Shown: in pieces, positions 18,754 to 29,224 of the stretch
How positions within the stretch are numbered: position 1 is the first letter of the stretch
Layout: each line of letters starts with the position of its first letter
From: an uncultured bacterium
GTDB lineage: Bacteria > Zixibacteria > MSB-5A5 > UBA10806
NCBI GenBank assembly: GCA_965541585.1
Contig: CBEUCH010000008.1
Location: forward strand, 98,633 to 162,632
Length of the DNA stretch: 64,000 nt
Reading direction: 5' to 3'
Position numbers and translations under genes: made by a program
Notes under the pieces: generated by a model
Databases searched by the model: none
What the model was told of the DNA's origin: nothing
The model's input: the letters and a program-made list of their open reading frames with translations, nothing else

Positions 18754-20493
18754 ATGGCTGCAGTACGAATTGAAAACAAAAGCCTTATCGAGATACTAAG
18801 ACAGAGCCGCGACCTTTTTGGGGATAAGACCTGCATGAAGCGATTCGACGGCGAGAGGTTCGTGGATATCAGCTTCGAGGAGTTCGCCGATAAGGCCTTC
18901 CGTATCGGGAAAGGTCTTCTATCCCTGGGGCTCTCTGGTGAGGATAAGGTCGCGATTTTGTCCGAGAACAGGCCCGAATGGGGTGCATCGTATTTCGGCG
19001 TGCTCTCTGCCGGATGCATAAATGTTCCCCTGGATGCTCTTTTGAAGATAGCGGGATGGAGCCACATCCTCCGCGATTCGCAGGCCAAAGCACTGATCGT
19101 CTCACAGGGCTTGTTACCCGAGTTCGAGCAGATATTCGATGACCTTCCGGATTTGGAGTTCCTGATATGCATGGATAATCCAGGGCCCGATTCCTCGGCC
19201 ATCTCACTTGAAGAGCTGGAGGAGAAAAGCGCTCGATATCAGGGCCCGATGCCGGAACCGGGGTTATCGGATCTGGCAGCTATTATTTATACGTCGGGAA
19301 CCACAGGGCAGGCCAAAGGTGTCATGTTGACCCACGGCAATATCGTCTCGGATATCAATGGCGTCTTTGAGGTCATCGAGCTTAAGGGAAATGATAATTT
19401 CCTGTCGGTGTTGCCGATCCATCACACTTTCGAGTGCACCGGCGGTTTTTTAACGCCTTTCGCCGGAGGCGGGTGCGTGACCTATGCGCGCGGGCTGGCG
19501 TCAAAGCTGATAATCGAGGATATAAAAAACAACAAGGCCACTATTCTGCTGGGCGTGCCGCTTTTGTTCGAGAAGATGCACGCCGGTCTCCTCAGGGCTA
19601 TCTCCAAGAAACCTCGCGCTACACGCGCAATATTTAAAGCCTCCTACGGCCTCAGCAGGATTATGCAGAGTCTTTTCAAGGCCGATGCCGGCAAGAAAAT
19701 ATTCCACGGTCTGCGAGAGAAGGCCGGGCTTTCCAGTATCAGACTTATGGTGGCCGGAGGCGCCCCCATGCCGCCGGATGTCGCTGGGGCCTTCAATATC
19801 CTCGGGTTTACCTTCATCCAGGGTTATGGATTAACCGAATCATCACCGGTTTTGACGATCAACCCCATAGGCAAAAGCAAGGATGCCTCCATCGGAGTTC
19901 CCATTCCCGGCGCCGAAATGAAGATTGCCGAAAAGGACAGTCGTGGGATAGGGCATATTCTGGCCAGAGGCCCCATGATAATGAAAGGTTATTATAAAAA
20001 CCAGAAGGCCACCGACGAAGTCATAAAAGATGGCTGGCTTTATACCGGTGATTCCGGCTGGGTCGACGATGAGGGATATTACTATATCACAGGGCGCTTA
20101 AAGAACGTCATGGTTACCCCTGCCGGTAAGAACGTGTATCCGGAGGAGATTGAGGCCGAGCTCAACAGATCGCCGTATATCCTGGAATCGCTCGTGAGGG
20201 GAAGACCCATGCAGGGTACGCGGGGCGATGAGATAGAGGCGGTTATCGTTCCGGATTTTGAATATTTCGACTCCATTGCGGCTGAAAAAGGAATCAAGTT
20301 CGGCCAGGAGGAGATAGAGAGGACCATAAAAAGAGAGGTCGTCGAGCTGTCAAGATCTCTGGCCGATTTCAAGCGGGTGAAATACGTTGAAGTCCGCCCG
20401 GAGGAGTTTGAAAAAACGTCAACGAAAAAAATCAAAAGATATCTTTTCACGCATAAGGCGGAACCTCTGTCTCAATCGAAAGAAGCCAAATGA
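18754..20493 (+). CDS. Long-chain fatty acyl-CoA synthetase (AMP-binding family)
   Basis: YTSGTTGQAKG, QGYGLTE, TGD, GKNVYPEEIE; start placed at ATG 18754 after GGGAG. Confidence 0.92.
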   Translation: MAAVRIENKSLIEILRQSRDLFGDKTCMKRFDGERFVDISFEEFADKAFRIGKGLLSLGLSGEDKVAILSENRPEWGASYFGVLSAGCINVPLDALLKIAGWSHILRDSQAKALIVSQGLLPEFEQIFDDLPDLEFLICMDNPGPDSSAISLEELEEKSARYQGPMPEPGLSDLAAIIYTSGTTGQAKGVMLTHGNIVSDINGVFEVIELKGNDNFLSVLPIHHTFECTGGFLTPFAGGGCVTYARGLASKLIIEDIKNNKATILLGVPLLFEKMHAGLLRAISKKPRATRAIFKASYGLSRIMQSLFKADAGKKIFHGLREKAGLSSIRLMVAGGAPMPPDVAGAFNILGFTFIQGYGLTESSPVLTINPIGKSKDASIGVPIPGAEMKIAEKDSRGIGHILARGPMIMKGYYKNQKATDEVIKDGWLYTGDSGWVDDEGYYYITGRLKNVMVTPAGKNVYPEEIEAELNRSPYILESLVRGRPMQGTRGDEIEAVIVPDFEYFDSIAAEKGIKFGQEEIERTIKREVVELSRSLADFKRVKYVEVRPEEFEKTSTKKIKRYLFTHKAEPLSQSKEAK

Positions 20494-21572
20494 TATATGG
20501 AGTTATCTTAGCCGGGGGGCGGGGCGAGAGATTCTGGCCCCTCTCAAGGAGCGACCATCCGAAGCAACTGCTGACCCTGACCTCCGATAAAAAGACCATG
20601 ATTGAGGAAACCGTAGACCGTCTTAAAGGTTTCGTGGCGGAAGATAAGATAATTGTCGTTACGGGGCAGCATCTCAAGGAAAAGATACTGAAAGCCGTCC
20701 CGTATCTTTCAGAGCATAATCTGCTTCTGGAGCCGCAAGGCCGAAACACCTGTCTGGCCATCGGCCTGGCGGCTGTCCATATTATGAAGGAGGATCCTGA
20801 AGGGGTAATGGTGATTCTATCCTCCGATCATATGATAACGCCCACCGAAAGACTGGTCTCCGTCCTCAAAAGCGGGAGCCAGGTTGCGGAAGAGGGAGAT
20901 TATCTCATCACGATCGGCGTGGTGCCGACCCGTGCCGAGACCGCATACGGCTATATCGAACTCGGGGAGGAGTTGAAGACGGTTTCGGGAATAAACTTCT
21001 CCAGGGTGAAGCAATTCAAAGAAAAGCCGGATCCCGTCAAGGCGCAGGAGTATTATCTGGGTCGGCAGCATCACTGGAATTCCGGAATTTTCATCTGGCG
21101 AGCCGATTCAATATTGAAGGCGATTGAGAAACATATCCCCGAAATACATAAATGCCTGGCGGAATATGACCGGAATATAGGCACCTCAAGCGAGTATGAT
21201 GCCCGATGCGAGCTGTATTCCAACAGCGCCAACATATCTATTGACTTCGCGGTTCTGGAAAAGGCATCGAACGTCCTGACGGTCAGGGGAGATATAAAGT
21301 GGGATGATATTGGATCCTGGCTCGCCATGGGACGTATCAAGGATCGCGACGGAGACAGCAATGTTAAAGTGGGAGACGTCCTTCTCGAGGGGAGCTACGA
21401 GAATATAGTGGTCAACGATGCCGAAGGGATTATAGTAGGATTGGGAGTCTCGGATCTGGTGATAGTCAGAACCGGCGATATTGTGATGGTAGCGCATAAG
21501 ACCCGGCTGAACGATATCAGAGATCTTCTAACACGCATGGCCGGAGATGAGAAATGTGAAAAATATCTGTAA
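20490..21572 (+). CDS. manC: Mannose-1-phosphate guanylyltransferase
   Basis: ILAGGRGERFWPLSR..PKQ, EPQGRNT, FKEKP, WNSGIF, SIDFAVLEK, WDDIGSW; no PMI domain. Confidence 0.92.
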   Translation: MIYGVILAGGRGERFWPLSRSDHPKQLLTLTSDKKTMIEETVDRLKGFVAEDKIIVVTGQHLKEKILKAVPYLSEHNLLLEPQGRNTCLAIGLAAVHIMKEDPEGVMVILSSDHMITPTERLVSVLKSGSQVAEEGDYLITIGVVPTRAETAYGYIELGEELKTVSGINFSRVKQFKEKPDPVKAQEYYLGRQHHWNSGIFIWRADSILKAIEKHIPEIHKCLAEYDRNIGTSSEYDARCELYSNSANISIDFAVLEKASNVLTVRGDIKWDDIGSWLAMGRIKDRDGDSNVKVGDVLLEGSYENIVVNDAEGIIVGLGVSDLVIVRTGDIVMVAHKTRLNDIRDLLTRMAGDEKCEKYL

Positions 21573-22050
21573 GATAGCAATCCCGCTGTCGGTCATTGCA
21601 ATTTTTTGGATTACCTCCTGTGCGCGCTATGCCGGCCCCGGTTCCGGGCAAACCATAGAAGACCGTAGAACCGCCAAGGAGTCGCGCTATAATCTTCTGG
21701 GCTTTCCCGGCGACGATGAAGTTATTACGGCAGACGTTCCCGCCGTCGATGATACCTTAAGAGAGGGAAGCGATCTTATTTCATTTCCCGAATATACCTC
21801 TGGAGAAGAAGATGTCCAGGTGGTCTTCTCGGTGCAGGTGTTCGCCTCCAAATCGAGTGAAGAGGCGGAAGAATTCGAGCATTCGATTGCCCCGCTGTTC
21901 GACGAGGAAGTGCGGACCGATTATAAACCGCCTTATTACAAGGTAAGGATCGGCAGGTGCGCGGATCTCGAGGAAGCGGAGGCTCTTCTGGAAAAAGTTA
22001 AAGAGATGAATTTACCCAATGCCTGGCTGGTCAGGATTTGGCTACGGTGA
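21547..22050 (+). CDS. SPOR-domain lipoprotein
   Basis: Lipobox-like ITSC; C-terminal FSVQVFA...PYYKVRIG...NAWLV. Confidence 0.8.
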   Translation: MRNVKNICKIAIPLSVIAIFWITSCARYAGPGSGQTIEDRRTAKESRYNLLGFPGDDEVITADVPAVDDTLREGSDLISFPEYTSGEEDVQVVFSVQVFASKSSEEAEEFEHSIAPLFDEEVRTDYKPPYYKVRIGRCADLEEAEALLEKVKEMNLPNAWLVRIWLR

Positions 22051-22069
22051 AATTGGAGTTTGAAAGGGA

Positions 22070-22675
22070 TTGGCTGGCAATATCGATTTTAGCAAATATG
22101 CGGAGTTCATAAGGAAGGGAAAGATAGCGCTTTTCCCAACCGACACGGTTGTGGGCATCGGCTGCCGATTCGATTCGGAAGAGGATATTGCCAGGCTCCG
22201 TGCCATAAAGGGTATCAAAGATTCGGATCCCATCGCCGTCCTGATCTCATCGATGCAGCAACTCGATAGCCTGAGAATCCGCCGGAGCCGTCTTTCCAAT
22301 CTGCTTACGATGAAATTCTGGCCCGGGGGGCTCACCCTGGTTTTATCGTCGGATGATCGGTTCCCGTGCAGCGGAGCAGGCAATTCTATTGGGTTGAGGA
22401 TGCCGGATGTGGATTCTCTGCGTAAGATAATAGAGATGGCCGGCGTGCCTCTGGCGGCCACCAGCGCTAATCTTCATGGCTGGCCTGCTCCGGGAAGGAT
22501 GGAAGAAGTTGACGTTTCTATAGTGAAAAGCGTCGATTGCACTTTCGATATTCCTGCCAGGCTTGTCAGGCTGCCATCAACCGTCGTCAGGCTCGAGGGA
22601 GGCAAGCTCAAGATCATACGCGAGGGAGCTATACCGTCCAGTGATATCTACGATGCCGTTGCGGAGGAAGTTTGA
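22070..22675 (+). CDS. L-threonylcarbamoyladenylate synthase (TsaC/YrdC/Sua5 family)
   Basis: FPTDTVVGIGC, FWPGGLT, GLRMP, ATSANLHG, PSTVV, IREGAI. Confidence 0.88.
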   Translation: MAGNIDFSKYAEFIRKGKIALFPTDTVVGIGCRFDSEEDIARLRAIKGIKDSDPIAVLISSMQQLDSLRIRRSRLSNLLTMKFWPGGLTLVLSSDDRFPCSGAGNSIGLRMPDVDSLRKIIEMAGVPLAATSANLHGWPAPGRMEEVDVSIVKSVDCTFDIPARLVRLPSTVVRLEGGKLKIIREGAIPSSDIYDAVAEEV

Positions 22676-23172
22676 ACCGGCGAGATTTCCAGGTACTTCT
22701 GGTTTGCACAGGCAATACCTGTCGCTCTCCGATGGCGGAGGGGATTTTGAAATCACTTTTGAAACAGAAAGGAAAGGATGATATAATCGTATCATCCGCA
22801 GGAGTAGGCGCCCTGGAGGGTTATCCGGCCTCTGGATTTGCCATTGAGGTGGCAAAGAATTGGGATGTTGATATCTCCGACCATCGAGCAAGGCAGTTGA
22901 GTCATGAGATGATAAAGAAAACGGATTTGATTCTGGCCATGTCTCCGGAACACGCAGATAATATATTACGCACGGATCCCCGGGCGAAGAGTAAGACCTA
23001 CCTGCTGAAATCGTTTCCGAAACTATACGCGCCGTCGCAGGAAGGGGTCGATGATCCCATTGGAGGAAGTCTCGATCAGTACAACCATACCTATCTCGAA
23101 CTGGACGACGTCCTCAGGCGGATCGCCGGAGATATTATTCAGCTCGCAAGTTCCTCCGGGAAAGGCACTTAA
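22672..23172 (+). CDS. Low-molecular-weight phosphatase, YwlE-like (probable protein-arginine phosphatase)
   Basis: P-loop VCTGNTCRSPMAE and DPIG catalytic Asp; follows a TsaC/Sua5-family gene, as ywlE follows ywlC in Bacillus. Confidence 0.85.
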   Translation: MNRRDFQVLLVCTGNTCRSPMAEGILKSLLKQKGKDDIIVSSAGVGALEGYPASGFAIEVAKNWDVDISDHRARQLSHEMIKKTDLILAMSPEHADNILRTDPRAKSKTYLLKSFPKLYAPSQEGVDDPIGGSLDQYNHTYLELDDVLRRIAGDIIQLASSSGKGT

Positions 23173-24074
23173 TGGCTCGAGCGGCGAAAGTCGTTACCAT
23201 AATAATGTTGCTGACTGCCCGTATCGTCTATGGCGATAATGGTGAACCCGATTATGATTCCTCGGCTGTGAACGGCAATCCCCTCCCGAGCAAAATAACC
23301 GTTAACTCCGCCGCAATCGACACCATACCTTTGACGGAAGAATTCATAGCCGCCTCGGCCGATTCGTCCTGGTGGTATCGCAAACTGGAAAATAAGGCCT
23401 TCGGGGTGGGCGAGAGGCTGGAATTCTCGGTTAAATATGGAATGCTGCCTGCGGGAACAGCTGTCATGAAGATCCCCGAGATAATCGATTATGAAGGACA
23501 TCCCAGCTTCAGAATAGTCTCCACCGCCAGATCCAACAGAGTGATCTCAGTCTTTTATAGAGTCCGCGATAGCGTAGAGACCATCGTAGATTACGACGGT
23601 ATATTTCCTCGCAGATTTCATAAGCAACTGCGGGAGGGCGGCTACAAGGCCGATAAAACAACGCTCTTCGATCAGAGGAAGCATCTTGCTATTGCCGGCA
23701 ATGATACCATTCCGACTTATGCCTTCGTGCAGGACGCACTATCCAGCATGTATTTCATTCGAACGAGGGAACTGACGCCGGGAAGCGAAATTCTAGTCGA
23801 CAGCCATACGGATAAGAAAAACTTCCCGCTAAAGATATTGGTTTACAGAAAGGAGACGGTGAAGGTTCCTGCCGGTAACTTCGACTGCATCGTGATTGAA
23901 CCGGTTATGAGGGCGGAGGGGATATTCAAAGCCAAAGGACGGATCTGGATCTGGCTGACGGACGATCAATATAAAATACCCGTCAAGATGAAGACGGAGG
24001 TGTTCTTCCTGGGTTCTGTCACGGCTCAGTTAAAAAAATTCACTCTCGGAACGGTTGAGGCCGAAGATGGGTAA
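23172..24074 (+). CDS. Exported DUF3108-like protein
   Basis: Signal-like N-terminus; FGVGERLEF, QDALS, ETVKVPAGNFDC, IWLTDDQYKIPVK. Confidence 0.75.
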   Translation: MARAAKVVTIIMLLTARIVYGDNGEPDYDSSAVNGNPLPSKITVNSAAIDTIPLTEEFIAASADSSWWYRKLENKAFGVGERLEFSVKYGMLPAGTAVMKIPEIIDYEGHPSFRIVSTARSNRVISVFYRVRDSVETIVDYDGIFPRRFHKQLREGGYKADKTTLFDQRKHLAIAGNDTIPTYAFVQDALSSMYFIRTRELTPGSEILVDSHTDKKNFPLKILVYRKETVKVPAGNFDCIVIEPVMRAEGIFKAKGRIWIWLTDDQYKIPVKMKTEVFFLGSVTAQLKKFTLGTVEAEDG

Positions 24075-25026
24075 GTTTAAGAGAGTAGATCTGTCGAAAG
24101 TCAAGACGGTTAAAATGGACGATCGCCAGAACAAAACCGATCTTAGTCGTTTCGGCAAGCCGTTCGATCCGGACCTGCCATTTTCCGATTTCCTGAAGTC
24201 GTTGCCCGCCTTTCTCAAAGCAGGGGACCTGTTATCTCTTTCGGGAAAGATAGCCGCGGCCCGGGTAAACGGGAAGTCTGTAGTCTGGATGATGGGAGCG
24301 CATCCCTTGAAAGTGGGACTTGCGCCCGTTATAAATGATCTGGTCAAGGAGAAATTTATCAGTCACTTGGCGTTTAACGGAGCCTGCGCCATCCACGACC
24401 TGGAGATAGCCTTTTTCGGGAAAACGTCGGAAGAGGTCTCGGATGGCCTGGCGGACGGACGTTTCGGAATGGTCGAGGAAACTCCCGGATTAATCTTTGA
24501 GGCAGCAAAAGATGCCATCGAAAATGGCCTGGGATTGGGAGAAGGCCTGGGGAGGTTCATCTCGAAAAAATCTCCCCGATTTGCAGAGCAATCGATCTTT
24601 TCTACATGCTATGATAATGACGTTCCGGTATCGGTGCATATGGCTATTGGCACCGATACAATCTCCCAGCATCCCGGATTCGATGGCGCTGTTTTTGGCA
24701 AGCTCTCCAATGACGATTTCCTGATGTTTTGCGAATCGATTTCTAATCTCGGGGATGGGGTTATAGTCAATATCGGTTCGGCGGTGATTCTGCCGGAGGT
24801 TTTTTTGAAGGCTTTAACCGTCGCCCGAAATATATACGGGACCATAGAGAATTTTACGGCCGCTAATTTCGATATGATCCAGCATTATCGTCCCAATACC
24901 AACGTGGTTATAAGGCCTGTGACCGGAAAAGGTGCCGGATTCAGTCTTACCGGTCATCATGAGTTGATGTTGCCGCTTCTGGCCGCCGCCATAAAATCCA
25001 GCTATAAAGAGATATCGGAAGGGTGA
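24067..25026 (+). CDS. Conserved protein with deoxyhypusine-synthase-like fold (GSU2086-like)
   Basis: MMGAHPLKVGL, NGACAIHDLEIA...TSEEV...GRFGM, GSAVILPEVFLKAL, GHHELMLP. Confidence 0.6.
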   Translation: MGKFKRVDLSKVKTVKMDDRQNKTDLSRFGKPFDPDLPFSDFLKSLPAFLKAGDLLSLSGKIAAARVNGKSVVWMMGAHPLKVGLAPVINDLVKEKFISHLAFNGACAIHDLEIAFFGKTSEEVSDGLADGRFGMVEETPGLIFEAAKDAIENGLGLGEGLGRFISKKSPRFAEQSIFSTCYDNDVPVSVHMAIGTDTISQHPGFDGAVFGKLSNDDFLMFCESISNLGDGVIVNIGSAVILPEVFLKALTVARNIYGTIENFTAANFDMIQHYRPNTNVVIRPVTGKGAGFSLTGHHELMLPLLAAAIKSSYKEISEG

Positions 25027-25030
25027 TAGA

Positions 25031-26560
25031 ATGTCTAAATTGGTAGAATGCGTTCCGAATTTTTCGGAGGGAAGAAATCCTCAGAATATTGCCAGGATCA
25101 TAGCCGAGATCGAATCCGTCGATGGCGTTCAGCTTCTCGATCAGGAAATGGATAAAGATCACAATCGGGCGGTCATAACCTTCGTGGGCGAGCCGGAACC
25201 GTCTCTCGAGGCGGCTTACAAGGCTGTTTCCAAGGCTGCTGAATTAATCGATATGGAGAAGCATACCGGCGAGCATCCGAGGATGGGGGCTACCGATGTT
25301 ATCCCGTTCGTGCCCATCTCGGGTGTCACCATAGAGGAATGTGTCGAGCTGGCAAAGCGGCTGGGAGAGAGGGTTGGCAAAGAGCTTGAGATTCCCGTCT
25401 ACCTCTATGAGGCCGCCGCCACCAGGCCGGAAAGGGAAAACTTAGCCGATGTCAGGAAGGGGGAATACGAGGGCATTAAGGCAACCATCGGATCCGATCC
25501 GGATAGAAAACCGGACTTCGGTCCCTCCAGGACGCACCCCTCGGCCGGGGCCATAGCCATAGGAGCCAGAAATTATCTCATAGCCTTCAACGTCTACCTC
25601 GGCACGCAGAATCTACAGATAGCCAGAAACATCGCCAATGCCATCAGGCATGCACGGGGTGGATTCCGATTTGTCAAGGCCATGGGTTTCGAGATAAAGG
25701 AACGTCAGCAGGTTCAGATATCCATGAATCTTGTTGACTACGAAAAATCGCCGATTTTCAGGGTCTACGAGATGATCAAGGTCGAAGCCCGCAGGTACGG
25801 CGTACCGGTCGTCGGCTCCGAGATAGTAGGATTGGCGCCGCTGAAAGCGATCACAAAGACCGCGGACTTCTATCTCGGCCTGGAGAATTTTAAGATGAAT
25901 CAGGTATTGGAATATAAACTGAAATCGCGGAAAGTTGCCGCCAAAGAGGGCACGAAAGGTTTTCTGGATCTGGTGGCGGCCAAGACAGCGACTCCGGGCG
26001 GCGGTTCGGTTGCGGCGCTGGCGGGATCACTGGCCGGAGCGCTGGGTGCCATGGTTTGTCGCTTGACCGTTGGCAAAAAGAAATATGCCGGTGTTTCCCC
26101 GGAATTGACATCGGTGCTGGACAATATCGAGAATCTGCGTTCGGAGTTGACGTTTCTCATCGAAAAGGACGCACAGGCCTTCGACCAGGTTATGCTGGCC
26201 ATGAAGATGCCCAAATATACTGATTTTGAGGTTCAACAGCGCGACGCCAGGCTCCAGGAGGCCACCATTCTGGCAGCCTCGGTGCCCCTTGAAGTAATGG
26301 AGAAAACCGTGGCCGTTCTGGAACTCTTGCCGATCATAGCCGAAAAAGGAAACGAGAATTCCATCTCCGATGTCGGCGTGGCCAATCTCCTGGCTGATTC
26401 CTCTCTTAAGGGAGCTCATCTGAACGTGAGAATAAATATTCCCGGACTTGCTGACGAAAAGAGGAAAACAGAACTCTCTCAAAAAGCGTCAAAGCTCCTT
26501 GAAAAAGGGGAGAAGTCATTCGCCCTGACGGCGAGAACTGTGGAAAGTAAACTGGAATGA
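25031..26560 (+). CDS. ftcD: Glutamate formimidoyltransferase fused to cyclodeaminase
   Basis: LVECVPNFSEGR, DHNRAV, HTGEHPRMGATDVIPFVP; C-terminal TPGGGSVAA, GNENSISD, LNVRIN. Confidence 0.95.
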   Translation: MSKLVECVPNFSEGRNPQNIARIIAEIESVDGVQLLDQEMDKDHNRAVITFVGEPEPSLEAAYKAVSKAAELIDMEKHTGEHPRMGATDVIPFVPISGVTIEECVELAKRLGERVGKELEIPVYLYEAAATRPERENLADVRKGEYEGIKATIGSDPDRKPDFGPSRTHPSAGAIAIGARNYLIAFNVYLGTQNLQIARNIANAIRHARGGFRFVKAMGFEIKERQQVQISMNLVDYEKSPIFRVYEMIKVEARRYGVPVVGSEIVGLAPLKAITKTADFYLGLENFKMNQVLEYKLKSRKVAAKEGTKGFLDLVAAKTATPGGGSVAALAGSLAGALGAMVCRLTVGKKKYAGVSPELTSVLDNIENLRSELTFLIEKDAQAFDQVMLAMKMPKYTDFEVQQRDARLQEATILAASVPLEVMEKTVAVLELLPIIAEKGNENSISDVGVANLLADSSLKGAHLNVRINIPGLADEKRKTELSQKASKLLEKGEKSFALTARTVESKLE

Positions 26561-27384
26561 AGAAAGAGTACGTTGATCTCCACGTGCACACCAATGCCTC
26601 CGACGGTCTGTTTACGCCGTCGGACGTAGTGGAGAATTCACTCAAACTGGAGCTGGGAGCAATCGCCATCACCGATCACGATACCGTCGACGGATACGTG
26701 GAAGCATCCCGAATGGTCGATGAGAAAGTGATGGAGGTTGTTCCGGGTGTGGAACTCTCCAGCAACTATAAGGGAGCCGACGTTCATATTCTGGGTTATT
26801 ATATAGATTATCAAAACCCCGAGTTTGTCAAAAAAATCCTCAAATTCAGGCAGTATCGCTATGAGCGCGGCGAAGATATGGTAGCCCGGCTAAACGAACT
26901 CGGGTTAAACCTCTCGATGGACACCGTGAAGACTATAGCCGGCAAGAGCTCTCTGGGGCGACCTCACGTGGCTGATGCCCTGCTGAGGGAGGAGTTCGTT
27001 CAAACCTATGATGAGGCATTTGCCAGATATATCGGCTATCATGCGCCTGCCTACGTGCCGAAAAAAATTCTGACCTCGGCCCAGGCGATTGATCTAATAC
27101 ATCTGATAAGGGGCGTTGCGATTATGGCTCATCCCGGAACACTCAGACACGATGAGTTTATACCAGATCTGGTGGAGATGGGTATCGACGGTATCGAAGC
27201 TTATCATTCGCAGCATAAAAGAAACGATACCACCCGCTATAAGAACCTGGCCGGGAAACTGGGCATTATATATACCGGCGGCTCGGATTGTCATGGGCCC
27301 CGCAAGGGGAAATCTCTGATCGGAACTCAGCGCGTTCCCTATAGCGTGTTGGTGAAATTAAAAAAGGTCAAGGAGAGCAAGTAG
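26557..27384 (+). CDS. PHP-domain phosphoesterase (YciV/TrpH-like)
   Basis: DLHVHTNASDG, ITDHD, GVELS, GRPHVA, AHP, GGSDCHG. Confidence 0.9.
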   Translation: MKKEYVDLHVHTNASDGLFTPSDVVENSLKLELGAIAITDHDTVDGYVEASRMVDEKVMEVVPGVELSSNYKGADVHILGYYIDYQNPEFVKKILKFRQYRYERGEDMVARLNELGLNLSMDTVKTIAGKSSLGRPHVADALLREEFVQTYDEAFARYIGYHAPAYVPKKILTSAQAIDLIHLIRGVAIMAHPGTLRHDEFIPDLVEMGIDGIEAYHSQHKRNDTTRYKNLAGKLGIIYTGGSDCHGPRKGKSLIGTQRVPYSVLVKLKKVKESK

Positions 27385-29222
27385 TGCGAAAATTATTTAT
27401 CGGGATATTTCTCTTTTCCCTTATAGCCGTTTCGGTATCGGGCGGCCCGCCAGACGATGCGACAGAACTGTTGAAAACCAGAATGGCTGAAATCAAAGGA
27501 GAGATTCCTTACGAAAGGGTGAGTGCCGATTTGCCTGATCCCAAGTGCGGCACACCGGTCACGGTGGCAATATACCCTATCATGAATCAAAGGCATGATG
27601 AAGACCTCATAACCCTCCTGCAACGCCCCGATTACCTGCAGGATACGCTGGGAGGGGAAAATATCCTGGTTCATTATACTACGGTGGGTATTCATGCTCC
27701 CTATCAGGTCGGCAACGACACTCAGCCGGCGGACGGGATACCCGATTATATCAACCGGGTTTTCGAGGTCTTCGAATATGTCTGGGAATTCCAGATTGGT
27801 TCCCTGGGATATAATACTCCTCCCGCCGATGTCGGCGGTGGCGGAGATAACAGGTATGATATTTATGTAGAGAATCTCGGTGCCGGTTTTTACGGATTCA
27901 CCACCCCCGAAAATATGGTGGACCAATTTCGGGCATACAGCTACATAAACATCGAAAACGACTTCGCCGGAACGTATTATGGCAATAATCCGGTGGATGG
28001 TATGAAGGTGACTGCCGCCCACGAATTTTTCCATGCTATCCAGTTCGGCTACGATGCCCTGGAGTTTGATTTTGATGATCCGCTTGATGCATTCACCTAT
28101 AAACCCTGGTGGCTGGAGGCATCGGCCACCTGGATGGAAGATGTAGTTTACGATGACATTAACGATTACGTTGCGTATCTTCCATTCTACTATGGATACT
28201 CATGGATGGGGCTGGGGACTTTCTCATATAATTATGGAGACCCTCGCGCCTTTCATCCTTATGGCTCCTGCGTCTGGCCGATCTACCTGACAGAAAAATA
28301 TGGCGTCGAAATTGTGAAAGAGATCTGGGAACGATGCGCAACGATAGCCGGATATAATACTCTTCATGCTACCAATGACGCCCTGCTTTCCCGATCGTCA
28401 TCGTTATCGACCGGCTTTCTTGAATTCTCGGTCTGGAATTTTCATACCGGGGATTTTGCCGATCCGGTAAACTTCTTCAGCGAGGGGGCTCTGTTTCCGG
28501 AAGTCGATACTGTGACTTATGTTAGCCAGCTCATGGAGAGCCCGCGAACATTGGGCACTGTATTTAATCCACCCGAGCATCTGGGCGCAAACTTTATCGT
28601 CATACGATCAGGTACCGAGCCCGGCGGGGTGCAGGTTAATTTCGACGGGCAGGATTTATCCAATGCCTCGTGGCATGTCGCCATACTCGGCCATATCCAG
28701 GGGGATAGCGAATGGATCGATATGCTGGTCGAAGAGAACACCGGCGACGGTTCCGAGGAATGGCGAGACTGGAATTTTTTCGACAACGTGGTGGTGATTC
28801 CGACCGTTTCCGGACTTACTCCCCTGTATAATCAGTTTACCTATAGCGGCAGGGTTTCGTATGATCCCACGCTCATCGGCGACGAGGACCCTAATCCTGA
28901 TTTTAAATTATCTCCGGCATATCCTTCACCGTTCGTTATATCCGGCGAAGCCTCCCTCTTGAGGATCCCGTATTCCCTCGATAAACGTTATACCAAAAGC
29001 CAGCTGGGAATATGGATTTATGATGCATCGGGCGTACCGGTGGCCGAGATACCCAAAACGGCCATACCATCATCCAGCCCCGGCCAGCATCAGAGCGGCG
29101 CAACCTGGTATGGAAAGAATGATGACGGCGATTACGTGGCATCCGGCATATACATAATCCATATGGAGGCCGAGGGCAATTCGTCGACGACCAAGATTGC
29201 GGTCGTAAACGGCTTCAGGTAG
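27384..29222 (+). CDS. Secreted zinc metalloprotease (MXAN_6640-like) with FlgD-like C-terminal domain
   Basis: Signal peptide; KCGT, YDIY, VTAAHEFFHAIQFGY, WWLEASATWMED; tail YPSPF...WYGKNDDGDYVASGIY...KIAVVN. Confidence 0.8.
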   Translation: MRKLFIGIFLFSLIAVSVSGGPPDDATELLKTRMAEIKGEIPYERVSADLPDPKCGTPVTVAIYPIMNQRHDEDLITLLQRPDYLQDTLGGENILVHYTTVGIHAPYQVGNDTQPADGIPDYINRVFEVFEYVWEFQIGSLGYNTPPADVGGGGDNRYDIYVENLGAGFYGFTTPENMVDQFRAYSYINIENDFAGTYYGNNPVDGMKVTAAHEFFHAIQFGYDALEFDFDDPLDAFTYKPWWLEASATWMEDVVYDDINDYVAYLPFYYGYSWMGLGTFSYNYGDPRAFHPYGSCVWPIYLTEKYGVEIVKEIWERCATIAGYNTLHATNDALLSRSSSLSTGFLEFSVWNFHTGDFADPVNFFSEGALFPEVDTVTYVSQLMESPRTLGTVFNPPEHLGANFIVIRSGTEPGGVQVNFDGQDLSNASWHVAILGHIQGDSEWIDMLVEENTGDGSEEWRDWNFFDNVVVIPTVSGLTPLYNQFTYSGRVSYDPTLIGDEDPNPDFKLSPAYPSPFVISGEASLLRIPYSLDKRYTKSQLGIWIYDASGVPVAEIPKTAIPSSSPGQHQSGATWYGKNDDGDYVASGIYIIHMEAEGNSSTTKIAVVNGFR

Positions 29223-29224
29223 CC

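Noticed and set aside
18539..18799. 86-aa ORF after the pilQ terminator
   Set aside because: Starts immediately after the terminator tail with no RBS and overlaps the acyl-CoA synthetase start; no motif.
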